This document shows positions 24,819-37,900 of a DNA stretch of 64,000 nt, piece after piece. Location of the stretch: positions 246,715 to 310,714 of the forward strand of contig WELB01000022.1 of assembly GCA_009602725.1 (NCBI GenBank). The letters run 5' to 3'. Numbering within the stretch: position 1 is the first letter of the stretch; each line of letters opens with the position of its first letter. The DNA is from Spirogloea muscicola. Its lineage: Eukaryota. Below the pieces are notes generated by a model, which made no database searches, was not told the DNA's origin, and saw nothing but the letters and a program-made list of their open reading frames with translations. The position numbers and the translations under genes are program-made.

Positions 24819-27800
24819 CTACTGGCCAGCAACCTCAGAAGGACAGGCTTCCCCGCGACGAAGCCATGCCGAGGAGGCCGAAGCCTCTTGGGGCGTGAGA
24901 GTGTGGCGAAAGTGGCATCGGTGGCCATAGAGGCAAACTGCCCCGCTGGCCACCATGCGGCAGAGCTCCGTCTTGTATCTAGGATGGCGCAGCACCGGCC
25001 TCAATTGCTCCACTCCGTGCGCAAACTGCCACAGGGAGGAGATGCCAAACATGCATGAGTAGACTACTTACACCACAAGCTTGCGAGCTGCTAGATGTGC
25101 ACAAGTTTACAAGTTGAGGCCCACAAAGACGTGATCCCACCTGACAACGACTACCATAGGGGCAGGTACCATGCTCCTCCCACTTATTACATAGCTCGGT
25201 CTTATACGTGCCTTGGTTGTACACATCCCACTGCTCTTGCAAGCTTGCCATCAAATCTGGTCCCACGAGGATACCCTTGCCTATGGGGGGCGGTTTCAGG
25301 TGGTGGTCCTGCAAGACATACAGCAAGCATGTCACCATGTGCTTATCCCTACATGTAATTTGTCCTTGTGCTTTCCTGTGAAGTTTGCCTGTTGATCAGT
25401 TGGGCTTTTAGTGACTGGTGTAGTGCTCAAAGACAGTGCAATGAGATGCAGATCAGCTTTGAATACCTCATCACTGTTGGTGTGCAGCTCCAGATTTCCA
25501 GGTCTCCCAAGCGTACGGTCAGAGTTGGTTGAAGCAAGATAACCATGCTCCCCAGGCACGAACGCAGGAGCATCAGGAGATATTGCCCTTTTCCGATGAG
25601 TCGCCTTCAGCAACGAGCTTGCTCTCACTGAGATGCTCTTGGGTAAACCACATTGCTGCAAGAGGCCGGTCACCCAGGTCACAGGACTCATCCACGACCT
25701 ACTTCATGCATGCCACTCATATATATATGCGCATTCACACCGTAGAGTTACGAGCAAGTTGCAGGTATCAGGAAGTCTGAAATTTATACTACTCAAGTAG
25801 CACGCATGTAAGATAAAGTACAGTAACTTGCCTGGCGAAAGGGTATAGGTAAGCTTGAGGCCTTTCTTCCTGCCAATTAGGACCCTTCAATTAGGGTCTT
25901 TTAAATTACTGAAGTTGTTGGCTTGCAAGTTAGTCATAATTATCAGATCCAATTATTTTGAGTGATCTTGTATAGATGACTCTGCAGAAATCTGCCAATT
26001 GCCTCTGTAACAACTATACGCGCACCACGCAATGGTGGACTTCTCGTACTAAGTGTGAACCTCAAAGCGAAACTGATGTCTTAGAACCGAGTCACCTTGA
26101 TTGGTCGGTAGACAAAAGTCATGATGCAGTGAACTTTCCCTGCGAGTTGTGCTTTCCATGTTAGCTATCTCCCTGTTCATGATGCTTTCACGGGCATCAT
26201 GACCTACTTGGGTAGCTCTCTGCGTCCAAGCCAAGACGCCCACAGACAGTCAGATCAAGTCACAAAATATTAGTCCAAAGCATCTTGAAGCCTTGCACGC
26301 TTACACACATACTTGTAGAAATAATGACGCTGCACGAATATCTAAACGAAAGGCACACCTGTGCAGATTGACGTTGTCGTCTTGTGCTGTTAAGATCACC
26401 TCCCTGGCTCTTTGATCTTACTCTCAAGCGCAGCCTGCTACCCTGCTGCCCTTTTTGATGCTCGGCAGAAGGTTCTCCACCAGTTTGCGGAGGTGTCGTA
26501 AAAGGCTGAACAAAAGCAGGAGCAGGAGTTGGTCTGTGGACAGGAGGGCAGTCAGCCCTAGCTCTTTGTCCGTGATCCTTATCAACGTGTAGGCCTTCTT
26601 TCCCTACGCTTGAGCAACGCTTCAAGCCTGGCTTCTCAATATGCTGTGAGACCATGCTTTTCTCGGCCCCAGTCGAGGCAAGAAGAATAGCTCCAGCATT
26701 GCTTGTGAATTGTGACTGTGCATCAGACGGTAAACCACCTCTCAAAGCACCTTCTAGCAGACCTGCAGCAGCTGCAGCCAGAGCAACCCATGTCAGGCAT
26801 TCGTGTGCATTCGTGTCTGTCAGAATTGTAAGCACAGCAGTCTTCTGTGACAGCCTTGACGCATACAACGACCACAAGTTGGGCTCGTAGATGGTGAGGG
26901 CCAGGAGTCCATAGTATCCCCATGGTGTGGGTCATGTGTTTACCAGGCTTCCACTGTCTCGTACTGTGATCCTCAGAAATTATGACCTGCCATGGCCATG
27001 CCCAGAATCTTAAGGAGCTGGCCTCGCTTTGCTTTCCTGAACAATAGGGACAGCATGCATATGACAAAATGGACAAGAAGAGCTGATATGGTCAGCCACA
27101 ATGACTCCTGACATCCTCTTGATGACAAACGAGAAAGACATGACAACAGGCGAATTTGCTGGTGCCATCCACGTCCCACTCATAGCCATAGTGCTCACTT
27201 CTGGTGGCATCACTTGGAGGAGTCCATCGTGCTGAATCCTCTGACTTTGCAGCTCTGCTGCTTGACATCTACTACGTAACTCAGCAATACTGGCATGTAG
27301 AAGGAGATTTTCTTTCCGTAGCTGTACAGATTGGCCGCAAGTATTTGATTGTCATGTTGTCCGAAGTCTAGCACAGGACTTGCATATTGTATGACTGAAG
27401 ATTCCATTCTGAGATGCACAGGGACTAGTACTAGAATCTTCTTGTCCGCCTGAGCTATTTACTGCAAAAAGGCAAGTACTTGTGGCCGAGCATGTGAGCT
27501 TGCAATGCTCCTGTCTGCATCACCTCATGAACCTCGGCCTGAGCATGTTGGAGATGCTGTGTCACATTGTTGTAAGCAGCAGCCAAGCTCTCAAAAGTTT
27601 CTGTCAGCCTTTCAAGCTGGCTTTCAACCTCAGTAAGCTTCTCTTCAGCGTGTTCCCTTGCGTGACTGCACAGGTCAGGCCAAACAACGGAAGGATGAGC
27701 TAGTCGATGTGTCAAGTCCATACGGCAATAGCAGAAGGCTAACACGCTTTGCTGGGGGTAGTCTAATCGTCAACTTTACTGGGCACCCTGTGTACACACA

Positions 27801-28609
27801 ATCTACGCAACTTCGTCGTCCATTGCTTCACCTGCTCAGGACAAGAGGTAGGTACCTGTGAAAGTCCCCAGAATTGCCAATAAGGCGGGATGCAACAGCA
27901 CCTTGACCCTCACTTAGAGCTGTGACTCGTGGCTGGTCAGTCGGCCAAAGGTCCAGATATTAGAATTGCTCACGGAATATGACCAATGTCAAGCCTACTA
28001 TGAGGCCAAAAGACACATCAGATCTAAGCGAAAGGACTGCATGGAGATGTAAGGTCGGCCTTGACACGCGATGTAGCTCGATTGACAGCTGACTCAGCTT
28101 CTCTACCTGTGTGACTTGAAGATGCTCAGCAAGAGCAAGTTCTGAGTTCAACTTGCACTCCATCGCCCAATGTAGTTCTGCACCCATGCATGCCTCGGAC
28201 GTGAATCAAGATACGTGAATAGCCGCCTCAAGAAGTCTTCAGATGCTACAATTAATCCTCGAGGGAGTGCATGTGCGGTAAGGAGCAGCTATGTGAGCTT
28301 TGAAGATATGCTACCTTGAAAAGCTCAAGGTAGCATATCTTCAAAGTTAACCGGCCGATTTATAATAGTGCATCTACAGAGCAGAACTTGCGAGCATCAA
28401 CAAGCATGACGTCGTGTCAGATACAACAGAGTGCAGGACGTCTCACCTGATTCCAGTGCAGCAAGATTTATGTCCTGGTCTTTCAGCTCCGATATGAGCC
28501 TCTGTTTCTCCTCCTCGCACGTCTTAGAATAGCAGATACTGACATGATTGCCATGCATCTTAACATGCTCCTGGTCAAGCTGCTCTCCGTTGATGTGGGA
28601 TCTCAGCAT
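24819..28609 (-). CDS. Tandem CCCH zinc-finger protein (C3H14/15-like, TIS11-type fingers) with probable N-terminal coiled-coil exons
   Basis: [34 protein letters not shown]...[25 protein letters not shown]. Linking the upstream coiled-coil exons (26400-28609) to this gene is inference. Confidence 0.8.
28298..28346. repeat. Perfect 22-bp inverted repeat with 5-nt loop
   Basis: CTTTGAAGATATGCTACCTTGA-AAAGC-TCAAGGTAGCATATCTTCAAAG. Confidence 0.95.
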
Positions 28610-29374
28610 CGGATATGCTGAATATGTTCGCTCTTAAGAAGAAGCAGTATATGCGGATGGCTTTCCAATCGTTTCGCTGTCGACTAAACACGTCGTATGC
28701 TGCTTCTGGGAACTTGCATGGCTTGAAGCTCTGACAGTCACTCAATCCCGATGCTCAGCAGCCCAGCAGCATGTGTGAATGAGAAGGCAGAGGTCGCAGG
28801 AGCCTGCGATCTGCCACTCGAGCCGTCCCGGCCCGCCGGAGCGATAGCGCCCGTCATGGCAGCGCCAGCGGCTGCATGCGTGCCTTGACGTCTGGCCCGT
28901 AGCGACCGCCCGTTTCCCAGCCGGGCCTGCCAGGCAGACGACGTTACGGGACAAGCGGATGCCAAGGCCGCCGGCAAGGCGCCAGTGGCCGCCGCCGCCG
29001 CCGCCGCCGCCGCAGTGGCGGAGTCGCCGTCTCTGATCAAAGTCAGTAACCCTCCCGGCCCCCTGTCCGCACCCAGCCTGCAGGCAGCACGCCAGCCATC
29101 CGATCACGGTAGACCTGCCCCTCGCAGCCGTCGATCGCCCGACAGGCCGCCACGCGGCGCCCTCGGGATCCCCGCTCTCGTCCCCGCCGGATGGGATGGG
29201 ATGGGGGACCCGCCGAGGAGGGCCTCCGTTGGCGGTTCCCGTCGCGCCCCGTGCGCACGGACGGTCACGGGAGCGGGAGAGAGTGACTCTGGGGCTCGAC
29301 CGGCACCCTCGTCCAGGCCCTCCATCGCTGGATACACGCTCCGTGTCCTCGTTGGAACATAGCTCTTCCAAATC

Positions 29375-30030
29375 GACAGCAGTGGCTGCGAGAGGCCAGC
29401 CCAAAGGTTGGACGAGCCCCCTTATTATTCTGACTAGCACCCTCGTCCGTCGACTCATCCCACGTCCCCGCTGGCAATGGACGTGCACTGGGCGTTTGGC
29501 AGTCGGTGGCTGGTACGACCTGCAGCGACTTGCCTGCGGGCCACCAGTGGTCGTCACGGACAGCCAGATGAGCAACCGGCCTTTTTGCCGCCAGGTCGCT
29601 TGCTCGGGTGTTCCGCATGCGGCTCTCCGTCTCATTTCAGCGTTCCGAGGGCCATACAGTGCAATAGTAGGCAGGCCGCGCTTTGGCTGCTGCTTCTGGC
29701 TTCGTCGGGGTGGCTTTCTTCCAGCTGCAAGTTGCTCCGGCGGGCGGCTACTGACTAGGCGTTATTGAGCTCCCAGATTCTTTAGCCACTTGCATAGCTA
29801 TATGGATTTAGCCCCTTCCAACCCTTTTGTCCTTGTCCTTTTTCTGGGCTGGCTTTGAAAGCCCTCGCCCCCTTTAGAAGAGCCACTTTCTCACGCCGCT
29901 CCTCGACACCACCTAGAGCTCCGACGGTTGGACTTCAGTAGAGAAAATGAGAGAGACCTCTTCCACAGGGGGCGACGGCTGCTAGAGGCCAGCCCAGAAG
30001 GAGTGGGCAAGGTCCAGAAGGGCTAGAAAG
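29375..30030. mobile_element. Retroelement cluster: minus UTR fragment, plus C-terminus with UTR (29470-29890), minus UTR fragment
   Basis: Degenerate LAMDVHWAFGSRWL...MRLSVSFQRS...LLTRRY* followed by TTTCTGGGCTGGCTTTGAAAGCCC...CCACTTTCTC. Confidence 0.85.
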
Positions 30031-31251
30031 TGCGGAGCAATGCAGTCTGGCTGGCCAACCACAGCTACTATCTGTTTGTTTGGAACTGCTTTCCACTGAA
30101 CAGTGCTATGTGCACCCGGGCCACCACATTGGTGCACTGCCTCGACCTTGCAGGAGAAGCAGGACTGATTGCAAGACTAGCCTCTTGTCATTCCGTGCAG
30201 TCAATAGTATATCAGCCGATGGCTGTACAGATCACATGATGGTCTCCGGACTGTCTATTTCTTCAGATCCATTGCGCTCCTTTGAAGTGATCATAAAGAG
30301 ATGATTTAGCAGGGAACTCAAACCTATCTGACTCTATCAAATAGGAGAGCTTCATCCTCACAAAGCACTTGCTTGATGGTGCCTGGAAGTCAAACAGCCT
30401 GTGACGTTGCTCAATCAAGCTAGGCAGGTTCTTCAAGTGACATCTTTCTGTTCTGAATAATACTGTACGCGGCAGCTCACCTTGACTGTCATTGGGCAGT
30501 GATCAGGCTGTGCATCCTGATCTACCCTCTACTAGTAAGATATCAAATTCGAAGTGCAAGGAAGCAGAGTCAACAAATGTAGACTGCACTAGTGCACCTC
30601 GATCTTTTGCGTTTTGCAATACTTGTTCTGCTGTGATCAGCAAACCTGCCTTGCAAAAATGCGCCATCACATGGCAGTGAAGGGATTGGACACCAGGCTC
30701 GAGGACATCTCAAAAGGGCTGCCAGAGAGGATTGCACGCAATAAGGCGTCAGAGGGTGCCCGCCTACAGGAGGTTAACACCACAGAATTTGGGCAAAGGA
30801 CGACTGACCAACTGGGCTGCAGGATATGATTTCTTCCTAAGGCCCATATTTCTGTGCAGGCGAGTAGCTTCCAAGGTCCTAAACAGGTGGTCAGCTAGCT
30901 GCAGACACTGAAGGCGCCAGTATGTTTATGTGAAGCTTGATCTAGACCGCACCCAATGTAATCTAAGGTGCGGTCTAGACCGCACCCTAGAATTCTGAAG
31001 CAAGGGTCTGAGACAAGTTTGACAGCAAGAGAGCAAGAGATCGCTGATTTCGTGTTTGTCTAGCTAGACCAATGGATTGTCTCCGCATAAGTTGGTATCA
31101 CAGATATTTAGTGAGATGTACAGAACAGGACACAGCTGCAGAAAACCAGCTCAACTTCAATCCTTACATCTCTGGGGGGGGAGGGGGTGGGTAAGGACTT
31201 GACACAATTGAAGATATGTTATGAGAAATCTGAACAAGGACAACCATTTTC

Positions 31252-34073
31252 CTACAATATTAGCACATTCCTGGCAAGCTCGCTTATGATCACAGTGCTT
31301 GCTGCACCCATGACAATCGCCAGGGTAAACTTGCCGCCTGGTACAATTGGCTGCATAGTTGGTGGCAGACAAGTCCCAGAGTACCTCTCTGACCAAGCCA
31401 TGGCGGCGGGAAGAATGCCAAAGAGTACCAGAACTGAAAAGAGAATATGGGATTGAATTTCAGTAGCATGCTGCTTGCAGAGCTTCTGGTTGTTCTTGCG
31501 AACATGATGAAACACTCAGCAGTCTCAACAAGAGGCAGTATCTGTTAATAGAGTGATAGTAAGAGATTTCCTACAGATCTCAATCACGAGGGCTTCACAC
31601 TAGAATCCACCTACCTCCATAAGTCCCTGCAAAGTCCAATGCCTTGTAGAATATGTCGGGGCTTGTCAGTGCCAAGACAAGGGGTGGAAGGAGAGTCAGC
31701 AAGTAGGGCAGGCCTTGACTCTCTCGGCTTGATGGTACTTTGAGTAGGTCGGAGAGGAAGTCAGTCAAGCCAAGGACAAAACCAATGTAGGACGTGGCCA
31801 CAGCCAGGAGAGAGAAAGCCTCAATCACAGGCTGCAAGGATGCAACAACTGTGCTCAGCACAAGGTCACTAGCATCAGAAGAGTACAACAAGTCGAATGT
31901 ATCCAATATGGCAGAAGCTCACACTCTGAAAGCAGCCTAGCAGCCCCAGAGCTGCCTGTGTGTAGCTGAGCTTGGGCTTGCTTTGACAGAGCAAGTTGCA
32001 TGTTAATCACTTGTTGTGCCTCACCCCAACGGCTCCGCTGGACTCCCTCAATCTCGTCAATGGATCATTCTCGATCAAGCTCAACCCTGTGGGTGTAGTG
32101 TTGACCGGGATGCTCCCAAGGATGACAGCATCCCACGCAAGGAACATCACAAGAGGTATAGCTGTGCCAAGGACAATTGCCCATCGTATTTTTGGCAAGT
32201 TGCCTTCAAGGTTGGTCGTTACAACAGGGACCACATTCTGATACACAAATGAGAGTGCAATGATGGGGATGCTGCCCGGAACAGCTGAAATGTTTCCCTG
32301 TACAAGCGCTGCTGGGTTCACATCACCAGCAGCAAGTACCTGCAATATAAAGAGGATCAATGACTGTAGAACAAGGGGTTGAAGAAGATTGCCTGTCAGT
32401 GAACCTCCAATGACGCACGATGAAGACATGGACAGAGTTGACTAGAATGTCAAGATTTGAACAGTGGAGACAGTGGGCCACTCTGAGATCAGGAGTCACA
32501 CCACGAGTGCTACGAAGCTGGCCACAACTCCAGCCACGAGTAAGCCGTTCGTGGCACCAAGAAATCTCTGACTGCCGAAATAGCAAAGGCCTCCAAGACA
32601 GCTGGTGAAGATGAACGCACTGACAACCGGCGGCGTGCCCAGCGCGCCTGAGAGTATGTCAGAGGACCGTGCAATGTACGCCACCAGCAGAGCATAGTGG
32701 ATGAACAAGTATGTTGCCAGCGAGATCCTCACACCCACCTTCCCAAGTGTTCGCTCTGCCATAGAGACTAGGGAAACCCCCCCAGAACCACGCTCACACA
32801 TCGTGTTCACATTGACCTCTGCAACGAGCAGCCCTGTTATGACCTGCAATGAGGACATCTTCCAATCATTCTTGTACATTGATCCACAAAGCAGGCCTCC
32901 AACTCCAAAGGTTGCAGATGGGGAAAGGGCAGGATATACAGGGCTCGGGCTTAATTAATGAGCTTGTGCTGACATAAAGTGACCCCCGAGCAAGCTACTC
33001 ATGCTAAACAGCAGTTGGAATCTGAAGCTCCTCACAATTGTCAAGCAAAGAAGCAAGACATTGTATGTGCTTGCAAGATCTCAGTTTGCCCCTGAGGTGA
33101 GCCCCTGAGCGGGGGGGGGGATGGGGGGTGTTTATTGAGGGGTTCATTGGCTAGGATGCTGCAGTCTGAATGTAGGCTCATTGCCGCAAGTGATGAACAA
33201 GGCACACCATGAAAAGCCAGCACCCAACGCAGGCTGCCGCCGAAGGGAGGAAGCCAGCTTCTTGAGTAACAGCAGGGATCGCTAGGATGCCAGCTCCAAC
33301 TGTGGTGCCCGCCACGAGGAGTACTGAACTGGTAAGGCTCCCCGGCTCGTGCTGCAATGTAGCCTCATTGACATTAGAGAAGAGGCGCTCCACTGCGCTC
33401 CTGCGCTGTGTTAAATCGACCTCGGCTTCGTAGTCGATCCTCGCGACTCTGACAGAGGTCGCTTGTGATGGAGCTGAAGTGGGGGCCTGCTCTGCTCCAG
33501 AAGACGCCAGATTAGGACATGCAAGGAGGGCGGCCCACTGGTCAAGCTTTGGGGTATGACGATGCCATTGTAACGATCTCAGGAGGAGATCCTTTCTTAA
33601 AAGCCTCAAAGTGCAGGATGAACGCGACAAGCTTTCCCAGATATCCACTGAACTGCTTTTATCAAGAGAGGTGCTATCACTGCATATTGAGCAATTTACT
33701 TGCTTGATCTGTCGGAAGGAGGCGCCTCACCAAGCTCGAGCTCCTTGATGGAGCCATCCCTGTCCTGGCTTGCAGCCGCCATGACTCTTGAGCTCCGGCT
33801 TGGTGCGTGGCAGAGCAGCGGCAGTCTCTGCGTCTCGCTGGAGGACCCGACCTTGATAGCCAGCTCGAGTCTCGTCAGCGGCAGACCAGCTGGCGCATCG
33901 CCTCGAGACGGCCTCCCAACTCTGGTCGCGCCGCTGGAGGCCGCCCGCAGATGGCAGGCGACTAGTGCGCAGAGCGGGGTCGAGGCCAGCCGCAAGCAGG
34001 GGCCACCGCTGTACACCCTGCCGCGAGGCAATGCGGCGCTGGAGATATTGCCGACAGCGTGCCCTGCAGACAT
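31252..34073 (-). CDS. Tryptophan/tyrosine permease family transporter (TyrP-like), probably plastid-targeted
   Basis: LLVAGTTVGAGILAIPAVTQEAGF, LLVAEVNVNTM...SLVSMAERTLG, ALSFVYQNVVP, FSLLAVATSYIGFVLGL, ALDFAGTYG, LFGILPAAMAWSERY; Ser/Arg/Ala-rich N-terminus. Confidence 0.92.
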
Positions 34074-34257
34074 AGTGGCGGGGCTTCGCCGCAACCCTTG
34101 CCGCCGCCGCCGCCGCCGCCGCCGTCTGGCGTCGCCAACGAGCTCGCGAGCTGCCTGCGAGGCTGGTATGGTCGCCAATCGAGCGAGCCCCGCACTTCGC
34201 TGATGACCGAATGCGGCCAGGAGGAGCACGAGCCGAGTTTTCTTGCAGGATGCGCCA

Positions 34258-34301
<44 letters not shown>

Positions 34302-34484
34302 TGTGGCNGGCGGCGGCGGCGGCGGCGGCGGCTGCGGCGGCGGCGGCGGCAGCGGCGACGGCGACTGTGGCCTAGTCGTGAGGTGAGTATATGGCAGTTG
34401 AGGGAGGGGATAACCGGGTGAAGTAGACCCTGACCGCGGTCAGGACGAGGGTTAAGCTGAAAGAGCGTCGGCAGGGGTCGGGGA

Positions 34485-34550
34485 AACGAACAGCGCTTCC
34501 ACATTGACCGGTGGCTGTGATGAGGCCAGCCCAAAAGAATGGACAAGGGA
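34485..34550 (-). mobile_element. Solitary retroelement 3' UTR fragment in a divergent promoter
   Basis: CAGCGCTTCCACATTGACCGGTGGCTGTGATGAGGCCAGCCCAAAAGAATGGACAAGG, nearly identical to 58099-58155. Confidence 0.8.
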
Positions 34551-34901
34551 AAAGAAACCGGACCCCCCCCGCAAGGCGGGATAACCCGTCACATCCCTTC
34601 CCTGGCTTCGCGCAACCACCTCAATAGCGCCATCAGCCTGCCGCGCCCCGCGGCCGCCGCCGCTGGCGCGGCGTGGTGCACGCGGCGCGAGAGCGCCAAT
34701 CGGCGCGCTCTCGCTGGCAAGCGGAGCCCCGGGATGCTGCCTTCATCGTCGCCGCGCCGGCGGCGGATAGCGCCGGCGCTGCGCTCGCCAGCCAGAGCCG
34801 CCTGCGCCTGGCATGAGGTGTTACAAGAACTTGCCATGAGCTACCGGAATGGTGCACGCGGTGTCGCCAGCACGGCGATGGTAGCATAGGCCAGACGGAC
34901 G

Positions 34902-37900
34902 ATGAAGAACACCGGGTCATATCGAGAGCACCGGCGACGCCTCTCGAGGGGGCAACTTGTGGTGATCACTCTCCTGGTCATTCTCGCGCCCCTCAACCTC
35001 TACCTCCTACTCAATGGAAACAGGTAAGCTCTTTTGGCAGCATCTACACTGTTGTGCACTTCAGCGAGCTTGCATTGCTGCTGTTGATGTATATTTCAGG
35101 TGCGATGCAAAGCGTGGAATCCACGTTCCAATTGCAAGTGGTCGAGCAGGCTGCTTTGTGCCAGAGGCCGCGAAGCTTTACGACAAATGTGCCCTCGTTG
35201 CAGGCAGAGCGCCTTAGGGTCGCACTTGCGGGACGAGCTTGACGCACTCCTAGCCAAGAAGGAGGTTCGTGCCCGTGGAGTACTAGTATGCTCCCCGTAG
35301 TGATTCTGACGTGGATCTGGCCCCTTCCAAACAAGCTCCTGCAAGTAGAGCATGTTGACGACTATGATGCAGGCGCTGCCAGTCAAGAGGCCATTGTGAG
35401 GCTTGCTAGGGCGCGCGTGTTTCTACTTTGAGTGACTTGGTCTGCTCATGCTAACAGAAAGCAGATGCATTCTCCTCCAAGGAGATCTCCAGGCTGGACG
35501 AAGAGCTGAAGAGTACAAAGACTAGGTGAAGCTTCCAAAAGCCTCCGCGATATTCTTACTTGGCCAAATTTATCAATATGGTCTGGACAAGTGAGTTTTG
35601 GAAGTGGCAGCAGGCACAGATTCGTGCTTGGGTGTGAGGTCGCTTGAACACTTTGCACCGCAGCTTGTGCAGACACCGGTGTCACAGGAGCTGGCCAAGT
35701 GTTCTGACATAGTTGCATCTTTTGCGTGCTTGGCTTGTAGTCTGGATGTTGTAGCGAATTCTGCATACAATCACCAGAGAGCAGCGGAGAATGCCAAGGT
35801 TGCCCTGAAGACTGCAGAGTTGGAAGCAGAACAACTGAGGCAAGAAGTGTCTTCGTTGAAGAATCAATCATCAGGGCTACGCAGACCGTCTGGTATGTCC
35901 TACGAAAGGAACAATGCAGATAGTTGAGTGCCTATTGTATTGGCTTTTGATGGCTCTCAGGCAGGAACATGTGAGGGTAACTTCACCTACTAAACCTCAG
36001 ATGGTTGCAATCCTCACAGATCAGGTAGTACAGCAGCTTTTGGCTCTCTGGGAAGCGAGTACTTTTTTGGACTTACGAGCTAAGGACGACCAGGCTCTGC
36101 CAAGAAGAGCAGGTGGAGGCCACTGCCCCTGCCTGTACTTAAAGCACCTGTGCTCATGTTGGACTTTCAATGTAGGAGCTATTGGTCTTTCAAGTGACTG
36201 AGGCTCGGTCTACTGCAGCAGCTTGATGGTAGCTGAGACAATCTGCAGATTCTTTTATATCAAAGATGTCAGAGAATCCGGCCAGAAACTCAGCTTCATA
36301 GATGAGGCCATAGACTACAACCTGAATAAGAGGTGCTCTAGCTGGTCTATGCTGGTCTAGCTCCTCACCACACTCTCTAGGCTGCAGATGGCTTGCCAGT
36401 TTTTGTTCCGCGGCCGCACCACCTGCAGGATTGTAAGAGAATGAAGGAGATGCAGGATGCACAGGACTTTCGGCAGCAGTCAAGAAGTCGCCCAATTTGG
36501 TCAGTCTGGGGTGGACAGGTATGATCTGAGGTTGGTATAATGCTCACAGCCGTTGCCTTTGTTTGCTTGTGTCGAAGTTGTCCAATAATGTCCATGATGC
36601 ATACAGACAGGGAATCCATTGTACCAACAGTGAATGAAGCTTTCTTTCATGCAACCTCAGTGCGATACATGTTGGTTGATAAGTGCGGTGGACAAGGTGA
36701 ATCTCGTCTAGGAGCTCACTGTCGTCCACCCTTCCCCAATTTTGTCCACTTTTGGCCTTGTGGTTGGCTCGTTCAGCTTGGCTTTGCCATGGGGAAAACC
36801 TCACTTGGTCCAGATGATTGGGTGGAAGCTTCTGAGGACGTCCTTGGGGATAAAGATCGAGTAATATTGGGACCTTATCCACCCTGGGTAAGCTCATCTT
36901 ATTTTGATACCCTTTGCTTGGCTGAAAGGCTTGCATTGTTGCACTATCAGCCAGTAGCCGTCGTGTCTTTGCTTCGTATGCAGAACGTGTTGACCCTCAT
37001 GTATTAGGGACGTTGCAAATGACCGTGACTAGGTTGACCCTGTTAAGGCAGTCAGTGGCATGGCATGAAGTAGACTGGTCATTGCTTCCGTCCCACTTCT
37101 GGGTTGGCTGTTGACGGCCAATTTGGCAACAGTCTACCGGTTGTCGTATCTTTCTGAGCACATGATAGGATGCTCACCATGGATTGTGAGGTATGGTATA
37201 ACAGGTGAGAGGCAGTGACGAGGATAATTTGGTCTTCACAAGGAGAGCACAGAGAGACCTCTGGTTAATCCAGCACCCTCCAGATTGTTACGATCCTAGG
37301 GTGAAATTGCTAGTTTACCCCATAACACGTGGTAATAGTGACGACATGGGCAACGGGGCAACTGTGAACATGCTCTCAGGAGCCTGGTACTATGCTATGC
37401 AACAGCAGCGCGTGTTCGTGATACACGACAATGAGAAGGCAAATCATACTGGCTGCACAGGTGCGCCTGGTTACTCTCGACCTGCAACAGCAGCTATATT
37501 GCAGAATGCCGTGCTTGACTGGTAACATTGACACAAGTCACACAAGACTGTCTTGAGCAACTTAGAGAATCTTTGAGACATCTTGCAAGTATTGACAAGT
37601 TATCCAACACTCCATTCAATGGCCTGCAATACCAGGCAAAGATAAGTTGCGGTGGAGCTGCTACTTTGCACCTGAGACATCCCCAGAGTGTCAGGCCAGA
37701 GTGGACGCACTGCCGCAGGACCTATTTGAGGACACTAATTACCAGAATATTGAGTACAATGAGACTTTCTTTATTCTGAAAGACAAAGGGTCAATCTGGA
37801 GACCAGGCATGCCATAGTGAGTGCTGCTTATCTTCTCCTCTCACTTGGCCCTCAACTTTTCATAAGTAGATGCACTGGCCTCCTGTTGTCACTGGTCCTG

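Noticed and set aside
34510..34550. CTGTGATGAG...CCCAAAA and CTGTGA...CGAAA resembling a hammerhead ribozyme core
   Set aside because: There is no CUGANGA consensus with a valid stem II and GAAA/UH arrangement; the resemblance is on the antisense strand and is not conserved among copies.
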